Virus record (IMG/VR): IMGVR_UViG_3300011008_000003
From: a virus
Taxonomy: Duplodnaviria > Heunggongvirae > Uroviricota > Caudoviricetes
Reading direction: 5' to 3' (one strand)
DNA: 64,000 nucleotides
The position numbers and the translations under genes were made by a program. Of this stretch, positions 1 through 10,796 are shown in pieces. Under the pieces are notes generated by a model that saw nothing but the letters and a program-made list of their open reading frames with translations, was not told where the DNA came from and made no database searches. Each line of letters opens with the position of its first letter. Position 1 is the first letter of the stretch.

Positions 1-2
1 AA

Positions 3-602
3 TTCGTATATCTTACAGCCAGATTGTCCTATCTCAAAAAACAACGGGAACTTACATTAACCATTGTCCCCGATCTGATTTCACGAGATGCCGATAAGTA
101 TGTCGGAGAGTATTCTGAAATATGGCATCATGATATGTTCGGTACGTTTTTCCGTGGAATTACGGACATTCTCGACGAACAGCTGGAAAAGTATCGAACA
201 AAGTTCATGGATTACCTTACACAGCTTAAGAACTTGGACACCGAGTTTATTATCGATTCCACAGAGTATATAGCTAAGCTGACCGATAAATATCCTGGTT
301 TAAAAATTACAACAGAAAAGGAAAACGGCGGTATCGGATATATAGTATCTGTAGCAACTAAGGAAGACGACGGAGCTTATGTGGAATTCAGCACGTCTCC
401 GTTTAGGATTGAAGACTACGGTGGCTTCTTTCAAGATTTCATCCAGCATGCTTGTCTTGACTTCGACGGTTTCGTTGGGTCTACTAAGGACTTCTATGAT
501 GCGGTAGAAACGTTAGTTGATGGTGCGCTCGAATATAAGAAGGTGTTAGATTCTACCTACGCGAAGTACACCAAGATCGTGCAGTCAAGAGACGACGACT
601 AA
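3..602 (+). CDS. Hypothetical protein, 5'-truncated by window edge; probable paralog of next three genes
   Basis: Frame open to window start; weak shared motifs with 688/1750/2770. Confidence 0.75.
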   Translation, partial: FVYLTARLSYLKKQRELTLTIVPDLISRDADKYVGEYSEIWHHDMFGTFFRGITDILDEQLEKYRTKFMDYLTQLKNLDTEFIIDSTEYIAKLTDKYPGLKITTEKENGGIGYIVSVATKEDDGAYVEFSTSPFRIEDYGGFFQDFIQHACLDFDGFVGSTKDFYDAVETLVDGALEYKKVLDSTYAKYTKIVQSRDDD

Positions 603-687
603 GCAATTCCGGTAATAATCCTCAAAGACTATTCATTTACGAATAGTCTTCTTTTTTCTATATTAAAAGTATAAACAAGAGGTACTT

Positions 688-1668
688 ATGGCATGTATTA
701 CGATTACTAATCAGTTTGACCCGTCGCTTCAGATGCGGATTGACGATAAAAAGGAATTCGATCTCGGTTCTACGGCAGACTTCACCGACAATAAGATGCT
801 CCCCGTTATCAAGAAGACGATCGCCGATATGGTGCCGGAAGCACAGTTAAGAGTATCGACTAACTATGAAGCTTGGACGCGGTTTTTCTGTTATACCATG
901 GAATTCAAGGTATTCTATAAAGGTGTCAACGACAACGAGGATGGCTTTAAGATTAAGGTGGAATTCACTAAGGGTCAGAACTGCGACAAGTACAAGATTG
1001 GGTTCGAAGTACCAGTTGTAAACCGTGGTTGGAGAGATGCTCTGCTTCCGAACAAGGCTAAGGCATACCGTACTAAGGCTAACTATGCCTCGAGCTCTGA
1101 TCAGCGTCTGATGTTCTATGATCCGTCTGAGGAAACTATTAAGGGATTCCTCAATGCGATGATTACCCCGAACCGCCGCAAGGCTCTCCAGGAATTCATC
1201 AAAACTGCCAAAAAAGATGCGATGGAGAGTGCCAACACAAAGAACCTGTTGGATATTGAGACCATGGACGTCATTCCGGAACTTGAAACAATCTGCCGTA
1301 AGTATTCCATGGGTAAACCGGACATCGTGGAGGAAGCCTATTGCCGTAAGGTAGTCTTTATTAGCGGCGAATACGGTACCAAGTTCTATCTGAACCTGTT
1401 CAAGGAATACATGGCGTTTGATATGACAAAGGGCGCTGAGTATGTATGCAACAAGTTCGATACCAACTTTATCAGGTTGCTGAAAGGCTTCTTTGCAAAT
1501 TCCAATTTCGACATTGCCACTCATATCCCGTACGACAAGAAAGAACAGGTATTCGATATATTAACGCGTATCGGGAATATCTACCAGAAGACCCTTTTCC
1601 TTGTGAACTACGAAGCCTGGTATAACGTCGATCCGATGTGGAAGCGTAATCCGAAAAACGAGGAGTAA
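688..1668 (+). CDS. Hypothetical protein (326 aa)
   Basis: Pe + AAGAGGT RBS. Confidence 0.85.
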   Translation: MACITITNQFDPSLQMRIDDKKEFDLGSTADFTDNKMLPVIKKTIADMVPEAQLRVSTNYEAWTRFFCYTMEFKVFYKGVNDNEDGFKIKVEFTKGQNCDKYKIGFEVPVVNRGWRDALLPNKAKAYRTKANYASSSDQRLMFYDPSEETIKGFLNAMITPNRRKALQEFIKTAKKDAMESANTKNLLDIETMDVIPELETICRKYSMGKPDIVEEAYCRKVVFISGEYGTKFYLNLFKEYMAFDMTKGAEYVCNKFDTNFIRLLKGFFANSNFDIATHIPYDKKEQVFDILTRIGNIYQKTLFLVNYEAWYNVDPMWKRNPKNEE

Positions 1669-1749
1669 TTCCGATAGAAATCTAATTAAGCGACTTGTTG
1701 ACAAGACAAGTCGTTTTTTCTATATTAAGAGTATAAAAGAGAGGCTATT

Positions 1750-2706
1750 ATGCGAAAGATAAAAATTGCTGGTGTTCTGTCGGAAGTCAACGACTACAGT
1801 CCGTTTGTTCAGAGCATTCTGAGAATTAAAATTGACGAAATGGTGGATTACCTTAAGGGACGGTATGGCTCGCTTTATTATGTGAGAACCAACAGTTCTG
1901 TCGGTAAGGATTCTCTGTCGTTCAGCATCCGTAAAGATCTTAACGACGTATTCGGGTTGAACTATCACAAGCCGGATATTGCACATGACTGCCAGCATCA
2001 TTTTACGATGTGGACTGAATTCGAATTCGGTAAAGGTAAAAAGCACGAGGGAAAGAACACCTTTGAATTGCATACCGATGTCAGCGTACCGAGACCGCCT
2101 GAGAGATATGCCATTGAAAAGAATCCGTATTATGTGCTGTACCCGAAAGTCGGTGAAGGTTGTATTGTAAAATTCACTCAAGGGTTTTCCACAGATGAAT
2201 TCATTGCCGATCCGATTAAGTTCGCCAAGCAGATTGAATCGGCGATCGACACGACCATTCAGAGAACCAAGGATGCATGGGTAGAACTGCACGACGAACA
2301 GACCAGCCGAGACATCGACCTTATGGAAGTGCCCGACAGCATTAAGTCTGCATTCGAAAACCATGGTGTTCCGGTAAAGTGCGAATTCAACAATACACTT
2401 ACGAATACGATGATCGAAGTGACGACTGAATATAATCCGGAGCATGTCGGATATATGGAACTCCATTATATGCCGGATAAGGGTGAATGGGAATTCGATA
2501 CAGTTCGCGGCGAATTTGAATTCATCGGCCACATGTTTGATTTGACCAACAGCAAATACGACAGGCGAAAGAAGGCTATCAGGAACGAGAAGTTCGGCGA
2601 ACTGATGGGGTTTATCGCTGACCAATATCTTGCACAGCTGAAGATCAAGCTTGACTTCGAGGCGAAACTTAATGACTTTATGGATTGCTGGACAAAAGAT
2701 GATTAA
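1750..2706 (+). CDS. Hypothetical protein (318 aa)
   Basis: Pe + GAGG RBS. Confidence 0.85.
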   Translation: MRKIKIAGVLSEVNDYSPFVQSILRIKIDEMVDYLKGRYGSLYYVRTNSSVGKDSLSFSIRKDLNDVFGLNYHKPDIAHDCQHHFTMWTEFEFGKGKKHEGKNTFELHTDVSVPRPPERYAIEKNPYYVLYPKVGEGCIVKFTQGFSTDEFIADPIKFAKQIESAIDTTIQRTKDAWVELHDEQTSRDIDLMEVPDSIKSAFENHGVPVKCEFNNTLTNTMIEVTTEYNPEHVGYMELHYMPDKGEWEFDTVRGEFEFIGHMFDLTNSKYDRRKKAIRNEKFGELMGFIADQYLAQLKIKLDFEAKLNDFMDCWTKDD

Positions 2707-2769
2707 GATTTTTGTTTAGTAGAATTATTAAAAATTCTATATTAAATAAAAACAAACGAGGTATTAAAT

Positions 2770-3639
2770 ATGGCTTGGAAAGAAATCTATTCGGAAAAAG
2801 GCAATTATATTGCGAAAGTTCCGTCGAACTCGATTTACTACAGTAATCCTGACTTGCTGAGATCGATGTACAATGAATGCCGAAACGAACAACAGGAAAA
2901 CGGGCTGATGTTCGGTAACGGGTACTTGAGCTATAAAAATACTGGTTCCCATGAAACGTTGGAAATCTGTCTATACCTGATAGAAAAAGTTTTTCCGTCG
3001 TATAACAGTTCTCGGTGTACCCTTCACTTCGACTACAACAAGAATACGAAGATGTTTGATTACTATCTGGTTCCCAGTATGAGTTGTGAGGCGATGACGA
3101 ACTATGTCTTGGAACATATTAAGTTCAATAAGGACAACGTACAACACGTTTACGCTTCTGAAATCATGGATAATCCGTGGAATTACATTAAGAAACTCCT
3201 TTTTGAAGTTCAGCAAGTCTCGTATGATTACATAAAGATTTACAAAAACAATACGCTGGAATTCGAAATTGAATATGTGGAAGACCTTGAAAATGTTAAG
3301 GAACTGGCGACCAGTCTCGGGTATACGTTCTACCTCGGTGATCACGATACCTGTGGAAAAGAGATCGCCATTTTGGACGATAAGAGTCTGAACGGATATG
3401 ATAATAAAATCGAATTCGTAAGTTCTCCGTGTGGATTAGAGAGGACTGGGGGCGATTTTGAGTACGTCGCCAGTATCATGGGGTATAAAGTCGATTACGG
3501 AGATCATAGGCTTAAGTTTAAGTCTCCGAAGGACATGTTTAGTTTCATTAAGGATATGTTAATCCAGTATCACGAAGTGAAAACCAAACTGTTAAGTGTC
3601 CGACCTCAGTTTGAGGAGCACTTTTTACCCAAAGTTTAA
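2770..3639 (+). CDS. Hypothetical protein (289 aa)
   Basis: Pe-like -10 + GAGGT RBS. Confidence 0.85.
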   Translation: MAWKEIYSEKGNYIAKVPSNSIYYSNPDLLRSMYNECRNEQQENGLMFGNGYLSYKNTGSHETLEICLYLIEKVFPSYNSSRCTLHFDYNKNTKMFDYYLVPSMSCEAMTNYVLEHIKFNKDNVQHVYASEIMDNPWNYIKKLLFEVQQVSYDYIKIYKNNTLEFEIEYVEDLENVKELATSLGYTFYLGDHDTCGKEIAILDDKSLNGYDNKIEFVSSPCGLERTGGDFEYVASIMGYKVDYGDHRLKFKSPKDMFSFIKDMLIQYHEVKTKLLSVRPQFEEHFLPKV

Positions 3640-3744
3640 GATACCATAATACCTCGAAGTAGACGGTTTGGCTTAGGCCATTCCGTCTTTTTTGTTTTAA
3701 ACGTTTTTATTTACAAAACATTTGGAATTTTCTATATTAAGAAT

Positions 3745-4083
3745 ATGAACAGATACTTACCTATTAAGATTGATACTTGCAGCCATGAGTATATGATAGA
3801 CCTGTGCGGCAATACCTGGACAGACAGCGGATTGCCTGTAAGTAATATAACCAAATGGAAACTGAATGACAAACCGGTAGTGTTTCGCCTGCATATCTGC
3901 GAGTTAATGAAAGCCGGCGACAAAGATATTCGGATTTTATCGGAATATGCCTTCTGCACAGGTAAGAAGGTTACTGTAGACTTTATGGGTAAAACGTATC
4001 ATCCGGGTGACAGTGACTTTGAACTGATAAAGCTGCATGATGCATTAGAAACCGAAATTGCCCTGGCAAGACTGGAGTTATAA
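3745..4083 (+). CDS. CT-tag protein, leaderless
   Basis: ATG 7 nt after -10; ends ETEIALARLEL. Confidence 0.8.
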   Translation: MNRYLPIKIDTCSHEYMIDLCGNTWTDSGLPVSNITKWKLNDKPVVFRLHICELMKAGDKDIRILSEYAFCTGKKVTVDFMGKTYHPGDSDFELIKLHDALETEIALARLEL

Positions 4084-4361
4084 TGACAATATCAACGAAA
4101 AGCGGCATCTTTGGCGACTGGTATGACTATGAAGTAATACTGCCGTCCAACTTTATTATCTTTAAAGACCATTTTGGTTATGAGGGATTCAATATTGCGG
4201 TGAAAGCCGATGACGGATATAACTATGCGTTACGTATCATCCAGGCAAATCTGATGCAGGTAAAATATAAAGACCAAACTTATGACATGAGGAAACCGAA
4301 AGAATATATGACGCTGAAGAGCATCCTTGAAGCCGATATTGTCCTGGCAAGTCTGGACTAA
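4083..4361 (+). CDS. CT-tag protein, paralog of 3745
   Basis: TAATG coupling; ends EADIVLASLD. Confidence 0.8.
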   Translation: MTISTKSGIFGDWYDYEVILPSNFIIFKDHFGYEGFNIAVKADDGYNYALRIIQANLMQVKYKDQTYDMRKPKEYMTLKSILEADIVLASLD

Positions 4362-4424
4362 AATCAAAATCAAAATTGATTTAAATTAAATTCGGTTTTT
4401 TCTATATTTGAGTTAGAGGTAATT

Positions 4425-5081
4425 ATGACTAAGATTAGACCATGTGACAAACTGACAATCACCGACATCCAGACTTCCATTAAGCAGAAGGCCGTTGCGT
4501 TCGATGCGCTTGCCGAGCTTATTAAGACTTTCCCGGCTCAAGATATGCTGACATGCAAGTTGTCACATATGGACGATCCGACAAAGGAACTTATGGCGAA
4601 CTGCAAGTACCGCATTCCGTTCCATATGAGGGAATCCCAGTTTATGGAAAGCAAGGGACTCGGCATGGGTTACAGGTTACTCGACACCATTCCGGCTGCA
4701 ATTGACCCGGAAAGCCACTATACCATTAACATTGAGATCGTCTGTAAGAAAGCTGGCGGTTATTCCGTTAAGTTAAAGAATGTCTGCGACTATATCTATT
4801 CGCGAATCCGTCGTAAAGAAGGCAATACTGAATTTAAGAATTATCTTAATACGGCAACCTATGAACAGGTTGGACAGGATTCTGTTTCCGCCATTATCCA
4901 CCGTGAAATAAAGGGCTGTGCCAGAAAGGCATCGGCTGTCAAGCATGCGACGAGGAACGTCGAATGGCTCAGGGCTGGTCTGGCTGAACTGATTCCTGCA
5001 ATGTTGGAAGACAGTCTGTATAAGACCGAACAGGCCATGTACAATATGTCGACCGATAAGGTCTTGGGTGTTCTGAAATAA
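4425..5081 (+). CDS. CT-tag protein (218 aa)
   Basis: Pe + RBS; ends NMSTDKVLGVLK. Confidence 0.85.
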   Translation: MTKIRPCDKLTITDIQTSIKQKAVAFDALAELIKTFPAQDMLTCKLSHMDDPTKELMANCKYRIPFHMRESQFMESKGLGMGYRLLDTIPAAIDPESHYTINIEIVCKKAGGYSVKLKNVCDYIYSRIRRKEGNTEFKNYLNTATYEQVGQDSVSAIIHREIKGCARKASAVKHATRNVEWLRAGLAELIPAMLEDSLYKTEQAMYNMSTDKVLGVLK

Positions 5082-5149
5082 AAATTAAGAATAAATCGGG
5101 CTTATATTAAGCCCGGTTTTTCTATATTGTATTAAAACAAGAGGATATT

Positions 5150-5779
5150 ATGATAAATTCAAGTTTAACGCTCGATGAAGCATTCCGAATTCACAAGAAA
5201 CAGCTGGATCACCTTGATGCGGCTCTGGCAAAGATTAAGGAATTTCCGTTAAGCCAGTATCTGCACGTAGGTTTCGACTCAGGGCTCGCCAAGGCCACCA
5301 CGTTCGTCTATAACCTTGAATACTGTTTGCCGTTCAATTTGAACGATACCAGATTCTACGGTTATTCGAAGGATTCCAAGGTCAACATCGACGTGCCGAC
5401 GAGTTGGGTTAAGGATCACCTGTTCTGCAAGCATCCGGTGATAACGATGGCATTTAAGCTCACATACCGTTCCGATAAGGATCAGTGGAGCATTAAGTGT
5501 TCGCACGTCTATGCGACGACAACCTGCAAAGACAAATATAACGACTATTCCGTTGCCGTTAATCATGAATATTCGACGGTCGCTGAAGCAAACCGAGTGA
5601 TTGGCTGGGGTGGCGACGCGAGAAATAAGAGTGCTGTGAACAGGAAATCCGACGATGTGGGTTTTTATATTAAGCTGTTCCAGATGCTGCTGCCGTTCCT
5701 GATGAATGACAATCTTATGGGTGTACGAAGCATTCTGTCCGACGCAGCGAACACCAAAGCATTAAATTCATTAAGGTAA
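5150..5779 (+). CDS. CT-tag protein (209 aa), paralog of 4425
   Basis: Shares LT..IKxFP..YxxPF with 4425; ends DAANTKALNSLR. Confidence 0.85.
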   Translation: MINSSLTLDEAFRIHKKQLDHLDAALAKIKEFPLSQYLHVGFDSGLAKATTFVYNLEYCLPFNLNDTRFYGYSKDSKVNIDVPTSWVKDHLFCKHPVITMAFKLTYRSDKDQWSIKCSHVYATTTCKDKYNDYSVAVNHEYSTVAEANRVIGWGGDARNKSAVNRKSDDVGFYIKLFQMLLPFLMNDNLMGVRSILSDAANTKALNSLR

Positions 5780-5830
5780 TAGTTTACAAGTCAAAACCGA
5801 TTTTCTATATTTAAGCCAGAGGTATTTAAT

Positions 5831-6241
5831 ATGCAAATGAAGCGACTGAAAGAATTGCACGCCGATTACCGCGGCGAGGAATGGATAGAGAACAGCATTA
5901 CCGAAGAGTATAACGATGCTCTGATGTGCGTGGCGACCGAAAAGACGGTCAATGAAGTCATGGACATTATGGAAACCCTTATCGAATTCAATAACGGGGA
6001 ACGTCCGGACGAGGAAGACGACTGGATCGTGTACGATCCGGAAAAGTTCAATAAGGTAATCAAAGACGCGAACGCTGTAGTCTTTGCTAAGAGAGATAAG
6101 GCGACCATGGAGATTCTGGACGTGCTCGAGGGTGATCCCGAGGAACCGACGGAAGAGGAAAAGGAACTGGCCGCCTTGGACGTCCTCGACGGTATTGACT
6201 CGCCGTTCTACGATCCTAATGCAAAGGACGACGATAATTAA
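5831..6241 (+). CDS. Acidic hypothetical protein
   Basis: Pe + RBS. Confidence 0.8.
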   Translation: MQMKRLKELHADYRGEEWIENSITEEYNDALMCVATEKTVNEVMDIMETLIEFNNGERPDEEDDWIVYDPEKFNKVIKDANAVVFAKRDKATMEILDVLEGDPEEPTEEEKELAALDVLDGIDSPFYDPNAKDDDN

Positions 6242-6354
6242 ATATGGCTGTTCCGATGAAAATTTGATTATGAATACTATTTACAATTCAATATCGATTT
6301 TCTATATTTAGAGCATAAACAAAACCAATCAACTTTTTCAAAGAGGTAATTCCT

Positions 6355-7365
6355 ATGGCAAACCAAATGTTCACTCCGATGTCTGATAACGAAGCAGACG
6401 CCTTCCTCGACGATCTCTTCGGCACGTCCGAAGCCGTCGAAACCGAAACCGCACCGGTTGATACCGCTGCAGAACCGACCGTTGAACCGGTTGCTGAAAT
6501 GCCGACCGAAGCGGAAGCTAAGGCAACCGACGTCGAACTTGAAGTGGTCGACGAACTTCCGGAAGTCACTAAGTCTGTGGTTGCCGGCACTCGCCACCTC
6601 AGCAAGCCGCGTGTGGTCGTCAACAAGTTCAACGGTATTGACGGTCTGAGCGCCGCCGAGAGTAACGAATTCAACTCGTGGCTCGCCGCTCACGGTCTGT
6701 GCAAGACCATCGGTGCTTTCGCATCCACTAAGCGTATGCGAATCTACCGTAACCTGGGTACCAAGAACGGTAAGCAGCTCCATTCTCGTGACTGCATCTA
6801 CGTCGTGTCTTCGGACGACTGGCGTAAGAACAAGGAAGCCGTTTATCGTACCATCCTCCGCCTCTCCAAGAAGCAGATGGATGCGGAAATGGTTGTTAAG
6901 GTCGCCGAATACCGTCAGAAGATGAACCAAATCGAGGAAGATTTGCTTCTCCAGCACGACATCGTGATGAACTGGTACAACGGCAAGTCCGCAACCTTCA
7001 AGAAGATCCAGCACAAGATCATGGCACCCGATGTGCTCGCCATGCTTGACGAAGCTGTCAAGCATAACGACAAGTATAACGTTCAGGATATGTACCTGCA
7101 GCGTTTCCGCATGGGTGCCCAGATTGAAGAGCTCGGTATCGCCCCTGAGTACGACTGGCGTAACTTCGACGTCATCGTTAAGGGTGGCAAGGTTGTCTGT
7201 GCTTACAGTTACCGCGACATGGTTCCGCTGTACTCCGAAACCTTTAAGACTGGTTTCTTCAACAAGTTCGGTTACAACACCGAAATCGTGGACTCCGAAA
7301 CCATCGAGAAGGTCAAGGCCATGGGTGCCAAGTACACCTGTGCCGAAGCCGAAAAGAAGGCTTAG
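6355..7365 (+). CDS. Hypothetical protein, acidic disordered N-terminus, strong codon bias
   Basis: Pe + RBS; terminator at 7385-7406. Confidence 0.85.
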   Translation: MANQMFTPMSDNEADAFLDDLFGTSEAVETETAPVDTAAEPTVEPVAEMPTEAEAKATDVELEVVDELPEVTKSVVAGTRHLSKPRVVVNKFNGIDGLSAAESNEFNSWLAAHGLCKTIGAFASTKRMRIYRNLGTKNGKQLHSRDCIYVVSSDDWRKNKEAVYRTILRLSKKQMDAEMVVKVAEYRQKMNQIEEDLLLQHDIVMNWYNGKSATFKKIQHKIMAPDVLAMLDEAVKHNDKYNVQDMYLQRFRMGAQIEELGIAPEYDWRNFDVIVKGGKVVCAYSYRDMVPLYSETFKTGFFNKFGYNTEIVDSETIEKVKAMGAKYTCAEAEKKA

Positions 7366-7384
7366 TCCGATTCGTTCAACGGGA

Positions 7385-7406
7385 GTCCGGCTTCGGCCGG
7401 GCTTTT
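7385..7406 (+). terminator. Intrinsic terminator
   Basis: GTCCGG-CTTCGG-CCGGGC + TTTT. Confidence 0.75.
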
Positions 7407-7514
7407 CCGTTATTTTTTTCTCTATTGTTTTTATTTACGTTTTAGCTCAGATTTTCTATATTTTAATTGAGCATGGTGCTCATTAAATAAAAGTTCAAAC
7501 AAGAGGCAATTCCA

Positions 7515-8885
7515 ATGATTACATACAATCTGTCCACCGAAGAGAAATTCGAAAAGATGCAGCAACAAATGTATCTGATTTACCCCTCGCTCGGTTCGTT
7601 CTACAACATGTGCAACAAGCGTGCACTTCCGAAAGAATCTAAGGTGACGCTCCGACTCAACGTCTGCGAAGGTTCCGCTCCGATCATTGAGTATACCGAA
7701 GACTTCATGAAGACTCTGAGCGTCGAAACCTTTACGATTCTGATGAGCATCGAGCTCTTCCGTTTGCTCTTGCATCATCCGACGACTCGTATGCAGATTA
7801 GCCGTTCCCTCACGGTTCAGGCTTCCAACTTCATCTGCAGTGACTCCAAAATTCGTAACTTCATCATGCCGGCACACCTTAAGGATGCTTTCCCGGACAT
7901 CGCTGAAATTCAGGCTATGGAGCCCAGCTTCAACGTCAATGACGACCTTTATCTTGAAAAAGTCTACCGAATTCTTGAAAAGAATTCCCAAGACCAGAAT
8001 CAGAATGGCCAGGGTCAAGGTCAAGGACAAGGCCAAGGTCAAAGCCAGGGTAACGGAGACGGTGACGGTGACGGCCAAGGTCAAGGTCAGAATGACCCGA
8101 ACGGTGACAACCAAGATCAGGATGGTGACGGCGATGGTGACGGCAAGTCCGACGAACAGAAGGAAAACGACAGCCTCAAGCGTCACTTCTCTAGCCAGCA
8201 GTCTGAAAAGAACTCTGAAGGCTGGGGTGAAAACGAACTGGTTGACGCTCAGGTTTCTGGCGAAGTCAACAAGCGTCAGTTGTCTGATTGGTCCGACGTC
8301 GGTAACGGCATGACCAAGATGATCCTGAAGGCCAACGAACTTCAGTTTGACCCCTGGTCCGTCATTAAGCGTTTCGCAACTTCCGTGTTCTCCGACTTCA
8401 TCTCGTTCACTCGCATGCGTCCTAACCGCCGTCTTCCGGATTGGACTGGTGTTCTTCCGGGTAAGCGTCATGCCATGAAGGCTAAGGTACTCTTTGCGAT
8501 TGACTGCAGTGGTTCCATGGCTGAGAGCGAAATCGAACGAGCCTGCGGAGTCGTCAACTCGGCCCTCAAGCATGCTGAAACGTGGTATTGCTTCTGGGAC
8601 TGCAAGTGTTCTGACTTCACTCAGAAGCGTTCCAAGACTTCGGACTTCGACGGTCTCGGTGGTGGCGGCACCAACCCTGACTGCGTAATCAAGAAGCTCG
8701 AGGAATCCAAGGAACACTTCGACGGCCTCGTGTTCATCACGGACTGCTACTTCGACTGGCAGCAGCCGAAAGGAAAGCACAAGATTTTCATCCTGCACAC
8801 CAAGGATGCGGGTGATCCTCCGGCTTGGTGCAAGTGGCATCTGGGCATGGATGACATCGAAAAGATTCAGAAGTCTCGCTCTTAA
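7515..8885 (+). CDS. vWA-domain protein with N-terminal metallopeptidase-like domain (DUF2201-like), probable MoxR partner
   Basis: MIDAS DCSGS...GGGGT...ITD; G/Q/D-rich linker; HExxH position reads IELFRLLLHH. Confidence 0.8.
   Translation: MITYNLSTEEKFEKMQQQMYLIYPSLGSFYNMCNKRALPKESKVTLRLNVCEGSAPIIEYTEDFMKTLSVETFTILMSIELFRLLLHHPTTRMQISRSLTVQASNFICSDSKIRNFIMPAHLKDAFPDIAEIQAMEPSFNVNDDLYLEKVYRILEKNSQDQNQNGQGQGQGQGQGQSQGNGDGDGDGQGQGQNDPNGDNQDQDGDGDGDGKSDEQKENDSLKRHFSSQQSEKNSEGWGENELVDAQVSGEVNKRQLSDWSDVGNGMTKMILKANELQFDPWSVIKRFATSVFSDFISFTRMRPNRRLPDWTGVLPGKRHAMKAKVLFAIDCSGSMAESEIERACGVVNSALKHAETWYCFWDCKCSDFTQKRSKTSDFDGLGGGGTNPDCVIKKLEESKEHFDGLVFITDCYFDWQQPKGKHKIFILHTKDAGDPPAWCKWHLGMDDIEKIQKSRS
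7995..8160 (+). repeat. Coding low-complexity repeat (GQ/GD linker)
   Basis: GGTCAA/GGTGAC hexamer repeats. Confidence 0.8.
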
Positions 8886-9008
8886 GCGATGGCTTCCGGG
8901 CCTTTGCCTCATGAACAAAGGGTGGCCGATTAAGTTCGGCTGCCCTTCTTTAATTTTTTGACTATTAAACTTATTTACAAAGATTTTCAGATTTACTATA
9001 TTAAGGAT

Positions 9009-9344
9009 ATGCTTAAAGAAAAACGTTATAAAATCGAAATTGACACAGCATCTCCGGCCGTGAGCGTGCTGAAAGACGTCCCGTATCACAGGCTGTGGGA
9101 ATTCCTGCGGGCGCACCCAGAGTACAAGAAGTACGCGGATGTTAACTGCAGCCGTCCGATCTATGTGTACAAGAAGTGCAAAGTCGGAACAACAGCATTG
9201 TGGAAACTCGTAGATGCACTGACATATTCGATGAGCGGTTGCCCGACTAACATCCGCCGCGATGCCAAAGACCTTAAGCGTAATTACGGTGTCAACATAG
9301 CCACCGACATGTACAAGTATCTGAGCCTGGAAGTTCTGAAGTAA
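9009..9344 (+). CDS. CT-tag protein, leaderless, between vWA and AAA genes
   Basis: ATG 7 nt after -10 (8997); ends DMYKYLSLEVLK. Confidence 0.75.
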   Translation: MLKEKRYKIEIDTASPAVSVLKDVPYHRLWEFLRAHPEYKKYADVNCSRPIYVYKKCKVGTTALWKLVDALTYSMSGCPTNIRRDAKDLKRNYGVNIATDMYKYLSLEVLK

Positions 9345-9576
9345 ACGTTTAATAAAATTTAATTGACAACATTTAAAAATTTTTCTATCTTATAAGGCAT
9401 GTTGAATATGGAATATATGAAAATTGACTTTTTTGCGAGCGATTCCAACAAGCCGAGCGCTTCCGACGAAAATCACTCAAAGATAATTGTTTACAAGTCA
9501 ATTCGAAATTTCTATATTTAACCACGTAGCAAGTCGCTACATCGTTCAACAACTCAGAAAACCTAAGAGGTATCTA

Positions 9577-10731
9577 ATGAATATCAAGCAGCTCACCAAC
9601 GCAATCAAGTTCATCCCCGCCCGCAAGTCCATCATGCTCAAGGGCACCCACGGTATCGGCAAGACCGAATGGGTCACTCAGCTCGCCAAGGACCTCGGCC
9701 TCAAGCTCGTCATCTGGCACGCCAGCCATGCCGCCGACGCCGGCGACATCACAGGTCTTCCTTTCAAGGTCACGGAAACTGACACCGAAACTGGTGAAAC
9801 CCGCGAAGTGACCAAGTTCGCCAAGCCGCAGTGGATGATCCAGAACAAGCCGGTTCTCCTCTTGCTCGACGAAATCAACCGTGGCCTCAGCATTGCATTG
9901 AATGCAATCATGCAGCTCACCAACAACGGAACGTACGACGACATTACCCTTCCTGAGGGTAGCCGAATCTTCGCCTGTATCAACCCGGAAGAGGACGGCA
10001 AGTACGACGTCGGTACGATGGACGCCGCACAGCTCGACCGCTTCGCCATCTACGAATTCAAGCCGACCGTCGAGGAATGGGTCGACTGGGCAATCAAGGC
10101 TGGTCTGGATTCTCGTGTTGTCCAGTACATCAACACGCACCACACCATGTTGGACCCGTACTCCAACAACGAACTTGTGAAGTCCGTTCAGGGTAAGGAT
10201 TGCGGTGTTCTTCCGTCTCGCCGTGCTTGGGAATGCGTTTCCAAGACCATTCAGAACGGCGACAAGGAACGTGCCTGGGAAGGTCAGGAAGGTATCAACC
10301 TGCTCACCGAAATCATGAACGGTATTGTCGGTACCGGTGCAACTCTGGACTTCATCGCTTACTTCAAGTCCGCTGGTAACAGCCTCAACCCGAAGACTCT
10401 GATGGAACTCCCGGAAATCACCGACAAGGAACGCAAGGCAATCGCAAAGCTCTGCAAGACCGACTTCCCGAACGCTACCAAGCTCGTGGGTGGCTGTGTC
10501 CTCTTCCTCAAGGAACACAACGACGAACTTGCGACTTCCGTCGGTGCTCAGTGGTCCCACAACTTCTACGACATTCTGGCGGCTATGACCAAGGACGCCC
10601 AGATTGCCTCCGTGAAGGACTGTGTGATTGGGGCTGTCAAGGCTCACGAACCGTGGGCTCTGAACCTCAGCAAGCACGAACATCGCTTGAAGGAACTCTA
10701 CAAGGCCGCTCTGGTTGTCCGCGACCTTTAA
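9577..10731 (+). CDS. MoxR/AAA_5-type AAA+ ATPase
   Basis: Walker A GTHGIGKT, Walker B LLLLDEINR, ACINP sensor, AQLDRF arginine finger, PSRRAWE; AAGAGGT RBS before 9577. Confidence 0.9.
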   Translation: MNIKQLTNAIKFIPARKSIMLKGTHGIGKTEWVTQLAKDLGLKLVIWHASHAADAGDITGLPFKVTETDTETGETREVTKFAKPQWMIQNKPVLLLLDEINRGLSIALNAIMQLTNNGTYDDITLPEGSRIFACINPEEDGKYDVGTMDAAQLDRFAIYEFKPTVEEWVDWAIKAGLDSRVVQYINTHHTMLDPYSNNELVKSVQGKDCGVLPSRRAWECVSKTIQNGDKERAWEGQEGINLLTEIMNGIVGTGATLDFIAYFKSAGNSLNPKTLMELPEITDKERKAIAKLCKTDFPNATKLVGGCVLFLKEHNDELATSVGAQWSHNFYDILAAMTKDAQIASVKDCVIGAVKAHEPWALNLSKHEHRLKELYKAALVVRDL

Positions 10732-10764
10732 TGGAAACTGGCCTCCGGGCCGTTGTTGAACGAA

Positions 10765-10796
10765 GAGGCGGGTATCCTTTCGGATGCCCGTCTTTT
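10765..10796 (+). terminator. Intrinsic terminator
   Basis: AGGCGGGTATCC-TTTC-GGATGCCCGTCT + TTT. Confidence 0.8.

Noticed and set aside
9363-9521. Extra promoter with a 40-codon leaderless ORF (9399) upstream of the AAA gene
   Set aside because: The ORF runs through the next promoter and has no coding signal; it cannot be distinguished from a tandem promoter or cassette remnant.
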